NCBI GenBank assembly: GCA_965202585.1
Contig: OZ241826.1
Coordinates: 80,042,001 to 80,106,000 of the forward strand
Direction of reading: 5' to 3'
From: Thalia democratica
Taxonomy: Eukaryota
Length of the DNA stretch: 64,000 nucleotides
In this document: positions 51,001-64,000 of the stretch, in pieces
Numbering within the stretch: position 1 is the stretch's first letter
Layout: each line of letters opens with the position of its first letter
Translations under genes and position numbers: made by a program
The notes under the pieces: model-generated
What the model saw: the letters and a program-made list of their open reading frames with translations, nothing else
Told to the model about the DNA's origin: nothing
Database searches by the model: none

Positions 51001-53290
51001 TTTATTTAAGTTTAAAATTTGATAGTATTAATTTAATAGAATAATGTGTTTTAGTACATAAACAAAAACGAAAATTCAAAACTAAACTAGTATAAAATAA
51101 ATTAAATGTTTTAAAAGTTGTACAATTCTTATTAAGAGTCAATTATTTTAATCAAAAATAGTAACAAACTTTGAAAAATATTTTGAAAATTTAAAAAATA
51201 CAATAAGTCAAGTATTACTAAAACTTTAGTTTTGGAGAAATTTATGTTTTTAATTTTCAACAACAACTCAATCATCATCAGCTGGTTTCCACAAAACGAA
51301 AGTTAACTTCCTGTGTGACGTCATAAAAGTAACATAATTTGAATCGACATATGCTTTAGTGACCATCGTTAGGCGAAGTCTAATGCCGTAACAACAAAAA
51401 TTTATTTTTTTAACGAGTGAAAACTTTTAAAATAGTTAACTTTCTACTAATCTCTTTTTTTTTTAATAAATGCTTTTCTAAATTTTAAAGTTTACTAAAA
51501 TAATTACAAAATAATATTAAAGTAACAGGTTTTTGACATCAGTGTCATAAAAGTAATAGAAATGAGAAAAAAACATTTAGTTAGTTGGGTTTTAACTTAT
51601 ACAACTTGAAATTTAAATGAACCAACGAATGTCACTTCTGTCCCTGTTGAGTTGCTTCTAAAAAAATTATGTGAATTTGAAAAGCAACGGTTCGTAAAAA
51701 AAACGAGGTTCTTGAAGTTGCTTCAAAAACGCATCTTTCTTAAGTGTCGAGAAAAGTTGTTAAAAATATTTTAAACTTTTAAACCTGTTCGTCTCATAAG
51801 TATTTCTGTAAAATCTTCAGTGTGTGTTTCAACAGCTACAAACCAGATTAAAAAAGATCAACTTGCCGTAACTGCTCATCCTGAAGCTGAGGTAGAAAGC
51901 TAAAAACCGTGAAATGGTAATGACCTATCGTTAAAACCTTCTGCGTGGAGATAATTAGAGTAAAAAAAAACCGATGTAGAGAACTCAGAAGGGATTTTGA
52001 TTGACTATTTTAGACGAGAAATAGCGAGAGGGCTTCTTGTTGTTTTGTTGTTGGCGGTTTTCAAACAAAAAGCTGCTTGCGATATTCGCACACAGGTCAA
52101 TGCAGACGACTGCCAACATATTGATTTTAGAGTTGTGAAATTTTACCACATTTGTTGTATATTTTTACATTTGTCGTGTTTTCATGTCTGCTATAACATT
52201 GTAGACTTAATTATAACTTCTGATGTAAATAGTAACGCGAAAATAAGTGAAAACACAAATTAAAAATAAGTAATTGAGATTATTCAAAAATAGTTTGTTA
52301 TTGGTTCAATTAAATTGAAAACAGTTAGCTAATGTGAGTTTTACTTAAAGAAATAACAAAATATTTTAGTAGAAGTTAGTTATGTTTCGTTCTTTTTGAC
52401 ATAGAATAATTTTAATTTTCACTTAATGTTTTTAGTTGTATGGTTGTTTTAAGTTAAGTTTTAATTTTTTTTAAAGCAGTTTTCAATTAACAAAAGTAAA
52501 TAAAAGCTTTAAAAAACATAAGTTATGAGGTAATTGCTGGTTGAAAGTAGTTATCGAGATAATCGAACATTCATTTTATTCTAGTGGTTTTAAATTAGCA
52601 GCACGACAAGTAAAGCTAAATACATCTAGTTTTTTAAGGCATATAAATGTTAAAGTAGTTAAGTTGAAAGTATTTTTTTCGACAGTTTTAAGTCGTCAAG
52701 AAATGTACGAATACATTTTTCTTTATTTTCTAGAACGGAATAATACAACAAGTGTCTTTTATAAACTTTATTGGTTCACAAAGCTCTCAATTACTTTTTA
52801 GTTATTAATGTTATTGAAAAGTTATAAAAATTTGATAATTCTAGGGATATTTATAAAATTAGTAGTTGTAAAACACCAAAGGTGAAACAAAAAAACTTAA
52901 CTATTTTTATTTCGACAAAACTATTTAATAAGTTTTAATTAATAGTTAAAATAGTGTTTTCAAAGGGCGTACAACAAAATGTCGTTTTAGTACCAAAAAG
53001 AGATTTATAAAATACTAAAATGACTTAACAATTGTCGATTTTCGCATTTCAAAACTTTCTCAGTGAGCAAAGCTCAGATGTTAAGTTGTTATTTTTTATA
53101 TAATGACAAAGTTATAAAGCCCGTATGTGAAAGCAATAAAATATCACGACTGAATTGTTGTGAACACAAAATACGAATATAATCGACACGACATGCAATG
53201 TTGTAGTTTTGCAAACAACTTGAATGTTTGTCACACGCGTTTTACATTTGCAAACACTCGATTTCGCTCGAATAAGCAGAAGAACAAAAA

Positions 53291-53845
53291 AAAAAAACTG
53301 TTAAAAATACTTACTGAAGCTTGTTTTTATTTCACAAAAGTTACTACTTTTTTATACGGATGTTTTCCACTGACAATCTCCGTCGTAAGAATTCTTTACG
53401 AATCAATTTATCGATCGTCAATAGCTTTCTCGTTTTGTCCAAGTTTCCTTTTAAAACTTCGGCATATTGCTTACTTTCACGACGATAATTTTTTTGCGAA
53501 GCTAATGCGAAATCGAACAAATGGTTGCGAGAGTAAAATTTTTCCGATCAAAATGCAGCAGTATAGTAAAAAAACTGTCGAAGATGCTTACTGAAGCTTA
53601 TTTTTATTTAACAAAAGTCACAACTTTTATACGGCTGTTTTCTATTGACAATCTCCGTCGTTGGATATTTTTGAAGTTTATCGATCGACAACAACTTTCT
53701 CGTTTTGTCCAAGTTTCCTTTTAAACCTTCGGCCTGTCGTTTACTATCACAGTTTTTTTTTGCGAAGCTAATGCGAAGTTGAACGAACGGCTTGCGAGAG
53801 TAAAAGTTTTCCTGGTATATTTAAATATTCAGCAGCAGTAATGTA
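53291..53845. repeat. 277-bp tandem duplication specific to unit 2
   Basis: aaaactg..cttactgaagctt..gacaatctccgtcg..tttctcgttttgtccaagtttcctttt..gcgaagctaatgcgaa occurs twice (53294, 53571); single copy in unit 1 (~25515-25790). Confidence 0.9.
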
Positions 53846-56800
53846 AGAAGTGGGTTTTATTGATTTAGACAACGATTGACAAACGTAGATGTAAAGTTTT
53901 TATAAGTTTTAATCATAAAACTTAAAAAAGTATTTATAGTAGTATTTTGTGTTGAAAATGTTAAAGTTTAAGCTAAATTTAAAACTATCTGTAGGCTGAT
54001 GTTTATTAGATTTTTGATTAATTTGTAGGTTTAAATAATTCCGAAAACTTTAGTACGACAAATTAAACTACAAAGATTTAAATTATGAAATCAAAAGTCA
54101 GACTTAAAACTCTATCAACTAAAGTTCCAAATTTCTAGTTTTTAACAATTTAAATCTAACATTAAAAGTTTTGAAATTTAAAATACAACAATTTTATATA
54201 CGGCATTTCAAAATAGTTAAAATTTCAAAACTTCAAAGTTATAGTTATTTTGATTTTCAAGTCAGTATATCTTTATTTATTTATATATTTTATAAACTGA
54301 GAGCTTATTTAAAAAGTTTAACTTTAAAGTTTAAATTACGTTAGTTCACATTACAAAAGTTTCATTCACGAAAATTCTAATTTGATAAATTTAAAAGTTT
54401 GTAATTCTATTTGGTTTGTCCAAACAACGAATTCATAAAACGTTTATAATTCGTTTATAATTCAAAAATGCTTATATATATTTTTTGTTCTTAAATAGAA
54501 AAATATTAAAGTTAGTTAATATAAAATTTTTTATGTAAAAAGACAATGCATTAACAATTTATTGAAAATTTTAATAAAGTTTAAAGTCATATTAGGTAGA
54601 TTTTAAGAAGCTTTAAAACACCAATGGCTAATATTAACCATTTTAAATAGTTTTGTTCACAAGAATATTTAACAAGATTTAGGTTTTTGGTTTAAATGTT
54701 AACAAACATAATAATAAGTTCCAGCTGTTCAAGTTTAATGTCAAAGAAATTGGAATTTTTTTAAGAGTTATGTGAAATAACAAAACTAGAAGTTGTTAAG
54801 AATTGTAAGCATCATTTTAAAAGAAAAGCTTCGAGTTTTTATATATGTGCTTAATTCTTAAAATAAAAGTTATCTAGTTTTAATATGGATTATCTATCTT
54901 AAAATTAGTTTTATTAGATAGTCAAATTAAAACATATTCTTAAATAAATCTTTACGATTGTCAGCTAGAACTTGGTCCGTTAGTAACCCAAAACACTTTG
55001 TTTTATTAAAAGAATTAAACAAACGTTAAAACTGAATACTAAAACCAATGCCTTTCAAATAGCCAAACTTAACCATACCATAGAAACACAAAAGCAGTAT
55101 CTTTCGCTCCAACTAAACTTTTTATTATTTCAGCAAAAAGTTCATGCTATATAAACCTGTTTTATATATCTGGATTTATTTTTACTGTTATCTAAGCTGA
55201 ATAACCGCTTACATCATTTGATTACATAAATCTCGTGTGCACGTAAGGTGTTATAATCAATTTATTTTCACAAAAACTTCTAAAAATGAGACCTTGTGAC
55301 AAAGTACTATTTTAATTGCAAAAAGTTTAAAATCTTAAAAGCGTATCAAAAGTTAAGTTTATTCTTAAAAATATTAATCATAAAAACGCTTATAGAACTT
55401 TAAACAAAATAAAGTAACTCTAACAACTGCATAATTTTCATCTAGAGTTAACTAACCACAATTAAAAATAAAAAAGATTGTTTGACGAGAAATCTTTTGT
55501 TAATTTTCGTTTAAAAATTAATATGCTTTTCAATCGATTTTCAAATTTGTAAAACTAATAAGAATAAATTTTAAATATGCTAGTTAGTTTAAAAGTATGC
55601 AAAAAAATTTTTTAGAAAAGATTATCAAAAAATTGACAACTATTTCAATAGTAAGTCCTGACAACAGACTGAACTTTTAAAATAATTTCATCGAAAATTC
55701 AAAGAAAATTCAACATTTGAATATCGACGAGCAATAGGCGGCATTCTGACGAGCTGCGCAAATTTCAACTCAACAACAAAACAACCAGCAATTTTCTACG
55801 ACGAACTTCATTTCCCCCTTTCAAAGCGATGTCTCAACAATAAAATCTCAAATTCCGGATAAACGAGTAACAAAGCAGCTCGCGAGTGAACAAAACGAAT
55901 GATATTGTCTCAGTAAGATAAGAAGGTGTGTATGTGAATGATGGGCTCGACTTTGAATTGAACTCACTTCAGCTTTTCTTGTAAAAGCTCCTTATGCCGT
56001 TAATTAGAGAGGCAGCAAATTAGCAGCGGATTTTTGCTGGAAGCGGCGGTTTACTGTTGGCATGATTGCCATAAGAAGCTCTCAGGTGTATTTTGTGCGC
56101 GTTAGTAACCTTAAACACACATGTCTTTCAAAGTTTTCAATTTTGATTCTTGTCTCCGAGATAAGGTATGTTGCTGATAAATTTTTTGCGTTCACATTTG
56201 TTTGAATGACAGTAAATGAAAGGTAGTTGAAAAATAAAAACAAATGCTTCAAAGAGATATTTTGCGTATTTACAAATCAGTTTTAAAGCGTTTGCTTGTT
56301 TTATGTTAAAAGAGCAACTAAACTACTTAAAAATTACTTAGTGCATGAAAGCTCGAAACGTCGCCGACCTCGCAGGCTTTCACCTCGCATTTTTATCTGC
56401 TTCTAAACGCATCAAGTTTTCAACACGAGGTGCTACCACACACAACGCGTTAATTGCCCCATTCCGCCTATCGAGCGCTCGTTAGATAGGCTTATTGGTG
56501 GCAAAAGAAAAATAACAGACAAAATAACAGATAGTTAGAATTTAGTGAGTTTACGTTTCGCCTGTTTATTTTGCATTGAAGTTGTTCGCACCGCTCCGTG
56601 CGAATTTTTCACTGTTTTTATACTGCGCTTGCTGATGTGAGGTCAAATTTAGTTCTTTTCGCTGTGTGCGGTGATTGCCGTTAGCAGAAAGTTATCGCTC
56701 AAATTTCGTCACCGCTTCTAATCCGCGGTCGTGATTGGTCGTGATCGTCGTCGTTTGTCGCCGCGGTGAGCATCGGTTGCCGTGGAAACCACATCAAGTC

Positions 56801-58254
56801 TTGTGGTTTGATTTGAGCTTTTTATTTTTATTTTATGTTTTCACTTTTTATTTATTTAAATTTGTTGTAGTTTGGTTATAATATCAAATTTTAAATAAAG
56901 TTTTAAATAATGTTTTTAAGTTTAAAAAGGTTTCTAATTTTCATTCATATTGTATTTGTTTAAATCTTATTTGAAAAAATTTCATTTCTTTTATACTTAT
57001 TTGGTATATTTATATTAAACTTAGGTATTTATATTCAAAGTTTATCTCAAAAATTTAGTCAACTAAAGGTTGACATTCAAAAGGCTTTAACTGTGAATTT
57101 AATTTTACTTATGGCTTTTAATACAAAAATATTTTATTAAATAATATAAACATTACGTAAACTGTCTAATAAGTAAACTTAAAAAAAAAAGTATTTAAGT
57201 AAATTTAATTTAGTAAAGTTTAATACTTAAAGTAAAATAAGTAATAAACAAATTTTTGGTTATGCTTTTATTATCTTTTCTGCAATCTGTAAATTGCTTA
57301 TTTAAGATAAAATTTATTGAAACTGAAAAATGTTTTATTTTACGTTGTATGCACAAATGTTGATTATATAACAGAAATGCTTAGTATTTTACTTTAAAAA
57401 CACGGTAGTAATCCTGAGTGTTTTTTGCTTCTAATTTATTTTATTTTACTATTAAATAATGATACATCAGCAAATTTTAACTTTTATTTCGTTACCAGCT
57501 TTGGTAGTTTAAACACCGAACTTTTCAAATAACAAAACAGAAAAAATAAAATAAAAAAATGGCAGTTATATGACTTTAGACGTAGGAAGCTCGAAAACAA
57601 AAATAACACTTTTAGAAATTGCCTTTTGAAGGCTTGTAAACTTATTGCAAAGTTGGACAAAATTAAAAGTTATAGAATCAGTAAAAATAATTTAAAAATT
57701 AAAGAATTAAAGCACACAATAGAAACTATACCTTACTAACACATTTTGATATAAATAAATATTTATACTGTTGTAAACATATTTTATCTTTTATTAAGCT
57801 TAATATAAATGAAAAAATGTAGACAACGCTGCAACATTCTTTTTATTTGATTATAAAAAGTTTTAAATAATTATATCTACCAAAGAAATAATACGTACAT
57901 TTTTGTTGAATTGTTTAAATCTTTATAACGATGTTAGTTTTCAACTATACAAACTAAAATGAAAAAGTCACATAAAAACGCAGCAAAACAGAAAACAAGA
58001 TACATGTAGTTTAATTTTTTAACAAGTTATAGAATAAAGCAGATGTCGCAAAGAAAGCTAAATTATTTGTTAAGAATTCCGTATAAGTTTAATTAAGTAA
58101 AACTAACTTAAGTGCGTACATAACAGAGCTAACAACTTATATCATGAGCAAACAGTAATTCAGTTTTAAGTAAGCTGTATAATAGAGTGAAGAGAAAAAC
58201 CAGGAAAAAAATAATAGAAGCAAAAATAAAATATAGTTTAGTTTTGATCTCGAT

Positions 58255-58770
58255 GAGAAGTAACTTTAGAAGCGCTGTGTAAGCGAATAGAAACATAAAA
58301 TTAAAATATAAATTTGCCCATTAATCTAGTTTAAACCTCGGGATAACCCTGAATCGTTAATTAGTGACGTAATACAATTAAAAACAAAATTCAGATTTAC
58401 AAGTTTATTTTTGCGTATAGAAAAACCAAAAGTAGTCGATCTGGTATCAGGCAAAATAGTTAATACCTAGTTGAAAAAGAAAATTATTAATAAACTAATG
58501 CTTATTTTTACAATTGTATTTAAACTAAGAAAAAATGAATAAAAAGCACAAAATAAAACTGCTTTTAAAAACAACCGATAAAAGATAGCTGATCAAAAAT
58601 ATTTATCTGCTTAACTGAAACATGACACAAAGATATTGTAAAAAAGTAATACATTTATACTTCAAACGACAGAAGGTAAAGTTAGAAGCGCTGTGTTAGT
58701 GAATAGAGACATAAAACTAAAATATAAAACTTTCACAGTATTAAATTTTCAATCTCCGGTTTTACCCTGA
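58255..58770. repeat. ~420-bp tandem duplication of the last codons and 3'UTR of copy C
   Basis: tagaagcgctgtgt..gaataga(a/g)acataaaa(t/c)taaaatata..accctgaatcgttaa occurs at ~58265-58360 and ~58683-58778. Confidence 0.75.
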
Positions 58771-61700
58771 ATCGTTAAGAAATGGGGAGGGTGAATGGTG
58801 AGCTTCGAGGATGAACAAGTACGACCCCAAGTGACGGTGAACGGAGGAAATGAGGGTGTGAGCGTGACCCAGTTTCATTTGCAACATGTTCAAGCAAGAG
58901 TCTTCGGTAATTAACGGTAGTGAATAGCCATTGATGCCATTGTCAAGGAAGATCTGTTGTTATGGTTACAATTGAAGAAATTTTTATGTTATGTTGCAAA
59001 ATAATAAACTTATACCAAAATGCATTTTTTTTTATTTATAAGATTTTATTCTAAGTAAACATCTTTTTTAGTAGTACACTGTGCTAAAATATATTTTTAT
59101 ATACTGTTAAGAAGTGTCTAAACAAATTGGTGTACTTATAATTAAAGATTTAAACCAACTTGTTTATATTGCCCCAAATCAATTTCGTCCAAATACTGAC
59201 CGACTCTTTTACAACTCCATTTGTTCATTTCATCGGAATTTTTCAATATTTTTTCTATGGTATCTTTGTCAGCAGACATGAAAAATGTCCTGTTGTTAGT
59301 CTCATCCAACAGTGAAGCAATTTTTGTTGAAGTGTGAGACACGGGTTCAGTTTTAAGCTGCGTTTTATCGGTCAGAAGATTAGAATCGTTAAAAGAAGTT
59401 CCTTTTGAAGAGGAGTTTCTGCAAATACAAAAAAAAAATTAACTTTTATTTATGGGGTATATGTTTAACTCATATATTTCTTAAAGACTTACAAATTAAA
59501 AAGTGAATGAAAAATTCTTGACTTCTTTGTTCCCTCTTTAAGTTCTCTGAAAACAAAAAAAAAAAAAAACACGTTGTTTTTGTTTCACAAAAGATTACTT
59601 ACTTACTACGATATTACTGCAGTAGAAATGTTTTTTTCTACAACTGTCAGTTTAAAAAGCTAAAATTAAAGAAAATATCCGCTACAAAGTGTACATTTTT
59701 GTTTGATTAAATGTATCTAATGTACTTTTTGATTATATCCATATAAGAGCAGTATAAAAAAGTATTAAAACTTACATAGGAACGCTACTTGATCTTCTTA
59801 CGTTTTTCTGTATTGACATTATAACAAAACTTTCATTTTTCTTGTTATTTGTTTTGCTAAAATAAAGTTTAAATAGTTTATTTTGAAAAGTATGAAGTTT
59901 GTACTTTGAAGCTATCAAACTTATAAAAAAATCGATTATATTTTTTTTGCTTTATAATAAAGTTTTAAGTACGGGTAGTTGATATTAAACATGCTTTTAA
60001 CTTATTTAAGTTTTTGTTGTTAATATAAGATAAAAACACTTATGAAAAAAATATTATCAAATTTTATCAAATTTATTGATTTGAAAATATGCTTTGCAGC
60101 TTCTTTTTATCGTTTAAAAAAAGATTAAACAAAGTTGAACATAAAGTTTTATATAAATATAAAACTGCTTACTTTTCTACGATTTCAGCATGGTCTTTAG
60201 CATCATTTAAGTTAATTTGTTGATTTATTTCACTAGATTCTAATTTTTCTGATTGGCTAACTTCTTCTTCTAATTGAGACTTGCAATTTATTTTAATATT
60301 TTCAAGCAAATTTGGCGCCAATTGTTCGAATGCAGCTGCCATGTTCTTTACAATGTTCGACTGATCCAGCATCAATCTGTAAATAAATAGTTAATTAAAG
60401 AAAACATTTAAAAATTTAAAAAGTAACTATTTGTTTAATGTAGGAACTTTGTGTTGGGTTTCATGATTCAAACTTTTTAGTTTAAACAAAACTATAATTT
60501 TATTCTACATTTAAATATGTGCACCAATAATTGTTTTTGGATATAAAAAACTTTTTTTTACTATACAAATTAATGTAATCATACATTAAACAAATAAAAA
60601 TAAATTTAAAATTTTGACAAGTGGTTCAACTTTTGATTGTAATGACTTTAGTAAACTAAAATTTTAAAATATGATAATGATAGTATAGTAAATACCAATA
60701 AATAACTTATATTAGAAATTGAAACTTGATTTATATATTAATGTGTTATAGTTAATTTATCAATTAAGTCCGAGGTTTTTTAGGTGTTAACTTATGTAAA
60801 TCTATACTAGTGATGTACCGGACTCACTATCCGGGTCCGGGTCCGGCCGGATATTGCCATTTTTGTCTGATATCCGGATCCGGCCGGACTCTAACTTGAA
60901 AAAAAAGTCCGGATCCGGTTCCGGCCGGATTCTAATTTGAAAAAAAAGTCCGGATCCGGTTCCGGCCGGATCCTAACAGAGATCCGGCCGGACCCGGATC
61001 TAGTTAGTAAAAAAAAGCATACTGAAAAGTATTTTTTCAAAAACAAACCTTGTGTAAATTAATAAGGGTCATTTTCGTCAAATAAAATTAAACACCTACC
61101 GTGATTGGCTCATTTTGTACACGTGACTAATTTACATTTGTTTATATTTAAATTATGAAATGAACATTTTAGAAATGCAACTCTTTACATATGTTGTAAA
61201 ATTGAAAACTTTGGAATGAATACTTGCATTGTCTATTGTTTAAAGCTGAGCTCAGAGAATATTTAGAGTTACTACGGTTGAATGTACGAGCCAATGAGAA
61301 TCATATGACGAAATGTTTCAAACTAAATACTGATGCAATAAAACATCAGAACATGACAGGCAGTTTATATGTAAGCAGTTAGTTAGTTTGGTGTGCAGCT
61401 TGAAGCAACAAAATATCTTGAACTTTTTTGTTAATGCTTATTGTAAGTAGTGTTTTATTTTAAAAATGAATATTTCAACTGGTGTTTAATTGTTTGCATA
61501 TTTAAGCCAGGTTTATAGTTTATTAAAAATTTTACAGTTTCTTCTTTACTAAAAGTTTTATTTAATTTTTAGTTAATTGTTTTAAGTCTTTTTATATAGA
61601 TTTAAATAGCTTCCAGTTTTTAAAGTGTTACCAAAGTAATTAATAATTTTGAATATGCTAGTATTTCTTGTTGTGTTTTGTATAAAAGCTTCATCACTCA

Positions 61701-63878
61701 AAACTGTCGTGTCTGATTATAGAAAGTAGTCTCAGTTAGAATTTAGTATTTGTTAGATATTAATTAAATTAGGTAGGATTTAATTATGATGGGTAGTACT
61801 AATAAGTTAAGTGTACCACAATCAGTCCACAACTTTACTACCAAATTGTCAACCTTTGCTAGCTGTTCTACTGATTATTAGATTAAAGTAATTTTTTCAG
61901 TTTTTAAAAACCTCATTCTGACTCAGGCTTGTTTATACTCACTCTATCTAGTTTTATTGACTTAAACAGTGGCAACCCTGCTAGTTTCAAAATTTTTGGG
62001 AACTTTAGAAAAACTTGGATGCTTCAGGCTAGTTAAGTTTTTTATAAAAACTCAGGCTAATTTTCTTTTAAATTTTGAATGAATTTGAGCTGATCCAGTT
62101 TTCAATATTTGGTAATTTTCTAGTGTATTTTGTTCAAGAACTTGATTTCAGATTTTTAATTGTAAATAACACCTAAATTTGTAAACCTTGTGGCTAGCTG
62201 TTTTACTTATTATTAGATTAAAGTTCTTTTTTTTCAGTTTTTAAAAACCTCATTCTGACTCAGGCTAGTTTATACTAGTGATGTAGCAGACTCACTATCC
62301 GGGTCCGGCCGGATATTGCCATTTTTGTCTGATATCCGGATCCGGCCGGATTCTAATTTGAAAAAAAAGTCCGGATCCGGTTCCGGCCGGATTCTAATTT
62401 GAAAAAAAAGTCCGGGTCCGGTTCCGGCCGGATTCTAGTTTGAAAAAAAAGTCCGGGTCCGGTTCCGGCCGGATTCTAACTTGAAAAAAAAGTCCGGATC
62501 CGGGTCCGGCCGGACCCGAAATTTTGGGTCCGGTACATCACTAATCTATACTAATACTGTATACTGGCTTGCGGTATCACATGCAGTAAGCTCGGTTTAA
62601 ATTATTAAACAACATTCAAAAAAACTCTTATTATTGATAAAAAATATTTTACAAAAACTATCACTTTATTAAAAGCTTTAAGCAGAGCAAAATAGTTTGA
62701 CTTAAATAAAAACTTTAGTAGAGTTATCGAGTAATATGTCTACTTTGGTATGCTTAAAAAATTTGTTTAAAGAAGAAATCGATTATTTGTTGAATAAAAA
62801 GATAAATTATCTTTGCTCTTATGTTGACGGAAAAATTTACTTTAAACGATTAGTTGCTATTATTTTAAAGGGCATCTGTTAGCGATTTTCTTTTTAGTAT
62901 AATAAAAACAAATTACTCACTTTTTATGGTCGAAGTTGATTGAATTTTCGTATAAGTTCGGCAGTAAGTCTAAAAAGTATTTATTTCAACATCTAGATTT
63001 TGTTATGTATTATTTGTAGATAGAAATTAAAACGCAGTTGTAGTGCTAATATGCCTACAGGTTTTAAAACTTTTAATAACTGAGTTTGCGTGTTAAAATA
63101 CTTTAAAAGCTATTAACTATAAAAACAAACCGTTGTCAATTTTTGATTTCTTGTTAGCAGTTGGATGTATTTCGTTTGCTTCTTCGATTAGCTGATTCTG
63201 CAAGAAAAAATAGTTGTAGATTGGTAAATAAAAAATATATTTTTTTTCTCTATATAACAAATTTCCAACCTGATTTTCTTCAAGGTTGTGTGATCTTTTT
63301 CGGGAAGCTGTATCTTCGCTTGCTGTATTATTTTGTACTTTGTTATTCTCTAAAGATGGAGATTGTTGTATTTGCGACGGAAAAGCTCTGAATTTTTTTA
63401 AATTCTAGCAACAAACTTCTCAAAATTTAGTAACCAAAAGACATGTGTTTGTTGTTGTATTGTTTTAATTTTATCAATATCTTGCTGATTTTGTAACATG
63501 ACAATTGCTTTAAACTTATTTATTTCAAGGAGAAACATTTAAATATTGATATGATAAGTTAACTTATATGGTGAATAATAAATACAAGTTTTTAAAGCTT
63601 AAATATTAATTGAAACATAAAGTTAATTATTTTACAACAAACATTTTTCTAGAAGGCAGGACGCAAGTGAAAGCGGAATTTTTCGTCGCTGATTCGATCA
63701 TATTAGTTTGCAACGGCGAGTTGTCAAAACCCATCAGATAAGTGCTGGGTAGGTTGCTTGGAAACGAAACCAACGGTTGCCATGCAGTGACGTCATCATG
63801 ATCTTCCTGCTGGTTGTTCATGGTTGAAGGGAAAATATGGCTGATTTTATTCGTGACATCATCTTCAGAAGAACTTGC
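58762..63878 (-). CDS. SAMD11: SAMD11-like copy C, partial (exons 5-12; SAND exons expected beyond the window end)
   Basis: Exons 63643-63878, 63270-63387, 63131-63197, 62921-62969, 60173-60376, 59776-59856, 59160-59418, 58762-58953: all open, same phases as A and B, only in-frame 3-nt indels. More diverged from A and B in linker exons and introns. Confidence 0.85.
60830..61000. repeat. CCGG-rich subterminal repeats of the hAT left end
   Basis: Same 41-bp unit (about 2-3 copies) and same leader (gactcactatccgggtccggccggatattgccatttttgtctgatatccggatccgg) as 62276-62543. Confidence 0.85.
62276..62543. mobile_element. 268-bp MITE-like hAT unit (second left end plus right TIR) with 4 x 41-bp CCGG-rich subterminal repeats
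   Basis: Left end TAGTGATGTAGCAGAC (2 mismatches to the TIR); unit ccggccggattctaatttgaaaaaaaagtccggatccggtt repeated four times. Confidence 0.8.
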
Positions 63879-64000
63879 CTATTTGATATTTTTTGTTTTG
63901 TTACAAAAATTTTACAAAAACTATCTGCAATGCTCAAAAAACATAGTTAAAAACCAAACTAACCAAGAATTAATTTCTAAATGTTGAAAGAAATTGAATT

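Larger units (their letters stand above)
31870..58450. repeat. Segmental duplication unit 2 (gene B plus intergenic block)
   Basis: Direct-orientation copy of unit 1; the offset shrinks from ~31.9 kb to ~28.1 kb, mainly because unit 2 lacks ~19000-20000 and ~20260-22650 of unit 1. Confidence 0.93.
60808..62543. mobile_element. Non-autonomous hAT-superfamily DNA transposon (composite), intronic in copy C
   Basis: 16-bp perfect TIRs TAGTGATGTACCGGAC (60808) and GTCCGGTACATCACTA (ends 62543); 8-bp TSD ATCTATAC at 60800-60807 and 62544-62551; the TAGTG terminus and 8-bp TSD fit hAT elements; no transposase ORF. Confidence 0.88.

Noticed and set aside
60830-62515. Regularly spaced CCGG repeats resembling a CRISPR array
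   Set aside because: Units are contiguous with no unique spacers, lie inside TIRs with a TSD, and the host is eukaryotic.
63879-63881. Apparent premature TAG in copy C (CAG in A and B)
   Set aside because: Exon 4 ends in phase 0, and this YAG is the phase-0 acceptor of exon 5 (236 nt in all copies); the upstream sequence differs in length between copies as intron would. CAG->TAG is then a neutral acceptor change, not a stop.

Overview
Strongly AT-rich animal DNA with spliceosomal introns, probably an invertebrate; an ascidian is plausible but not provable from this sequence. It holds a tandem array of SAMD11/SAMD7-family genes (N-terminal SAND domain with KDWK motif, C-terminal SAM domain), all on the minus strand. 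Copy A (3819-13544) reconstructs as 12 phase-consistent coding exons (703 aa). Copy B (35634-45028) has the same exons but a TAC->TAG nonsense change in the SAND exon. Copy C (58762 to beyond the window end) is more diverged, with 8 open exons visible. Positions ~1-30300 and ~31870-58450 are two copies of one ~28-32 kb segmental unit. Between the genes lie scrambled, partly inverted relics of the same gene (promoter, intron-1 RFX cluster, exon 2, intron-2 element). These have lost coding capacity but keep transcription-factor motifs. One 93-bp element is ~98% identical between inverted copies and can fold into a hairpin. RFX X-boxes are abundant, including inside coding exons, and turn over between copies. 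A composite non-autonomous hAT element with an 8-bp TSD sits in an intron of copy C. All alignments, exon phases and counts were done by eye; homology to human SAMD11 is recalled from memory and needs a database search. No rRNA, tRNA or CRISPR features were seen.
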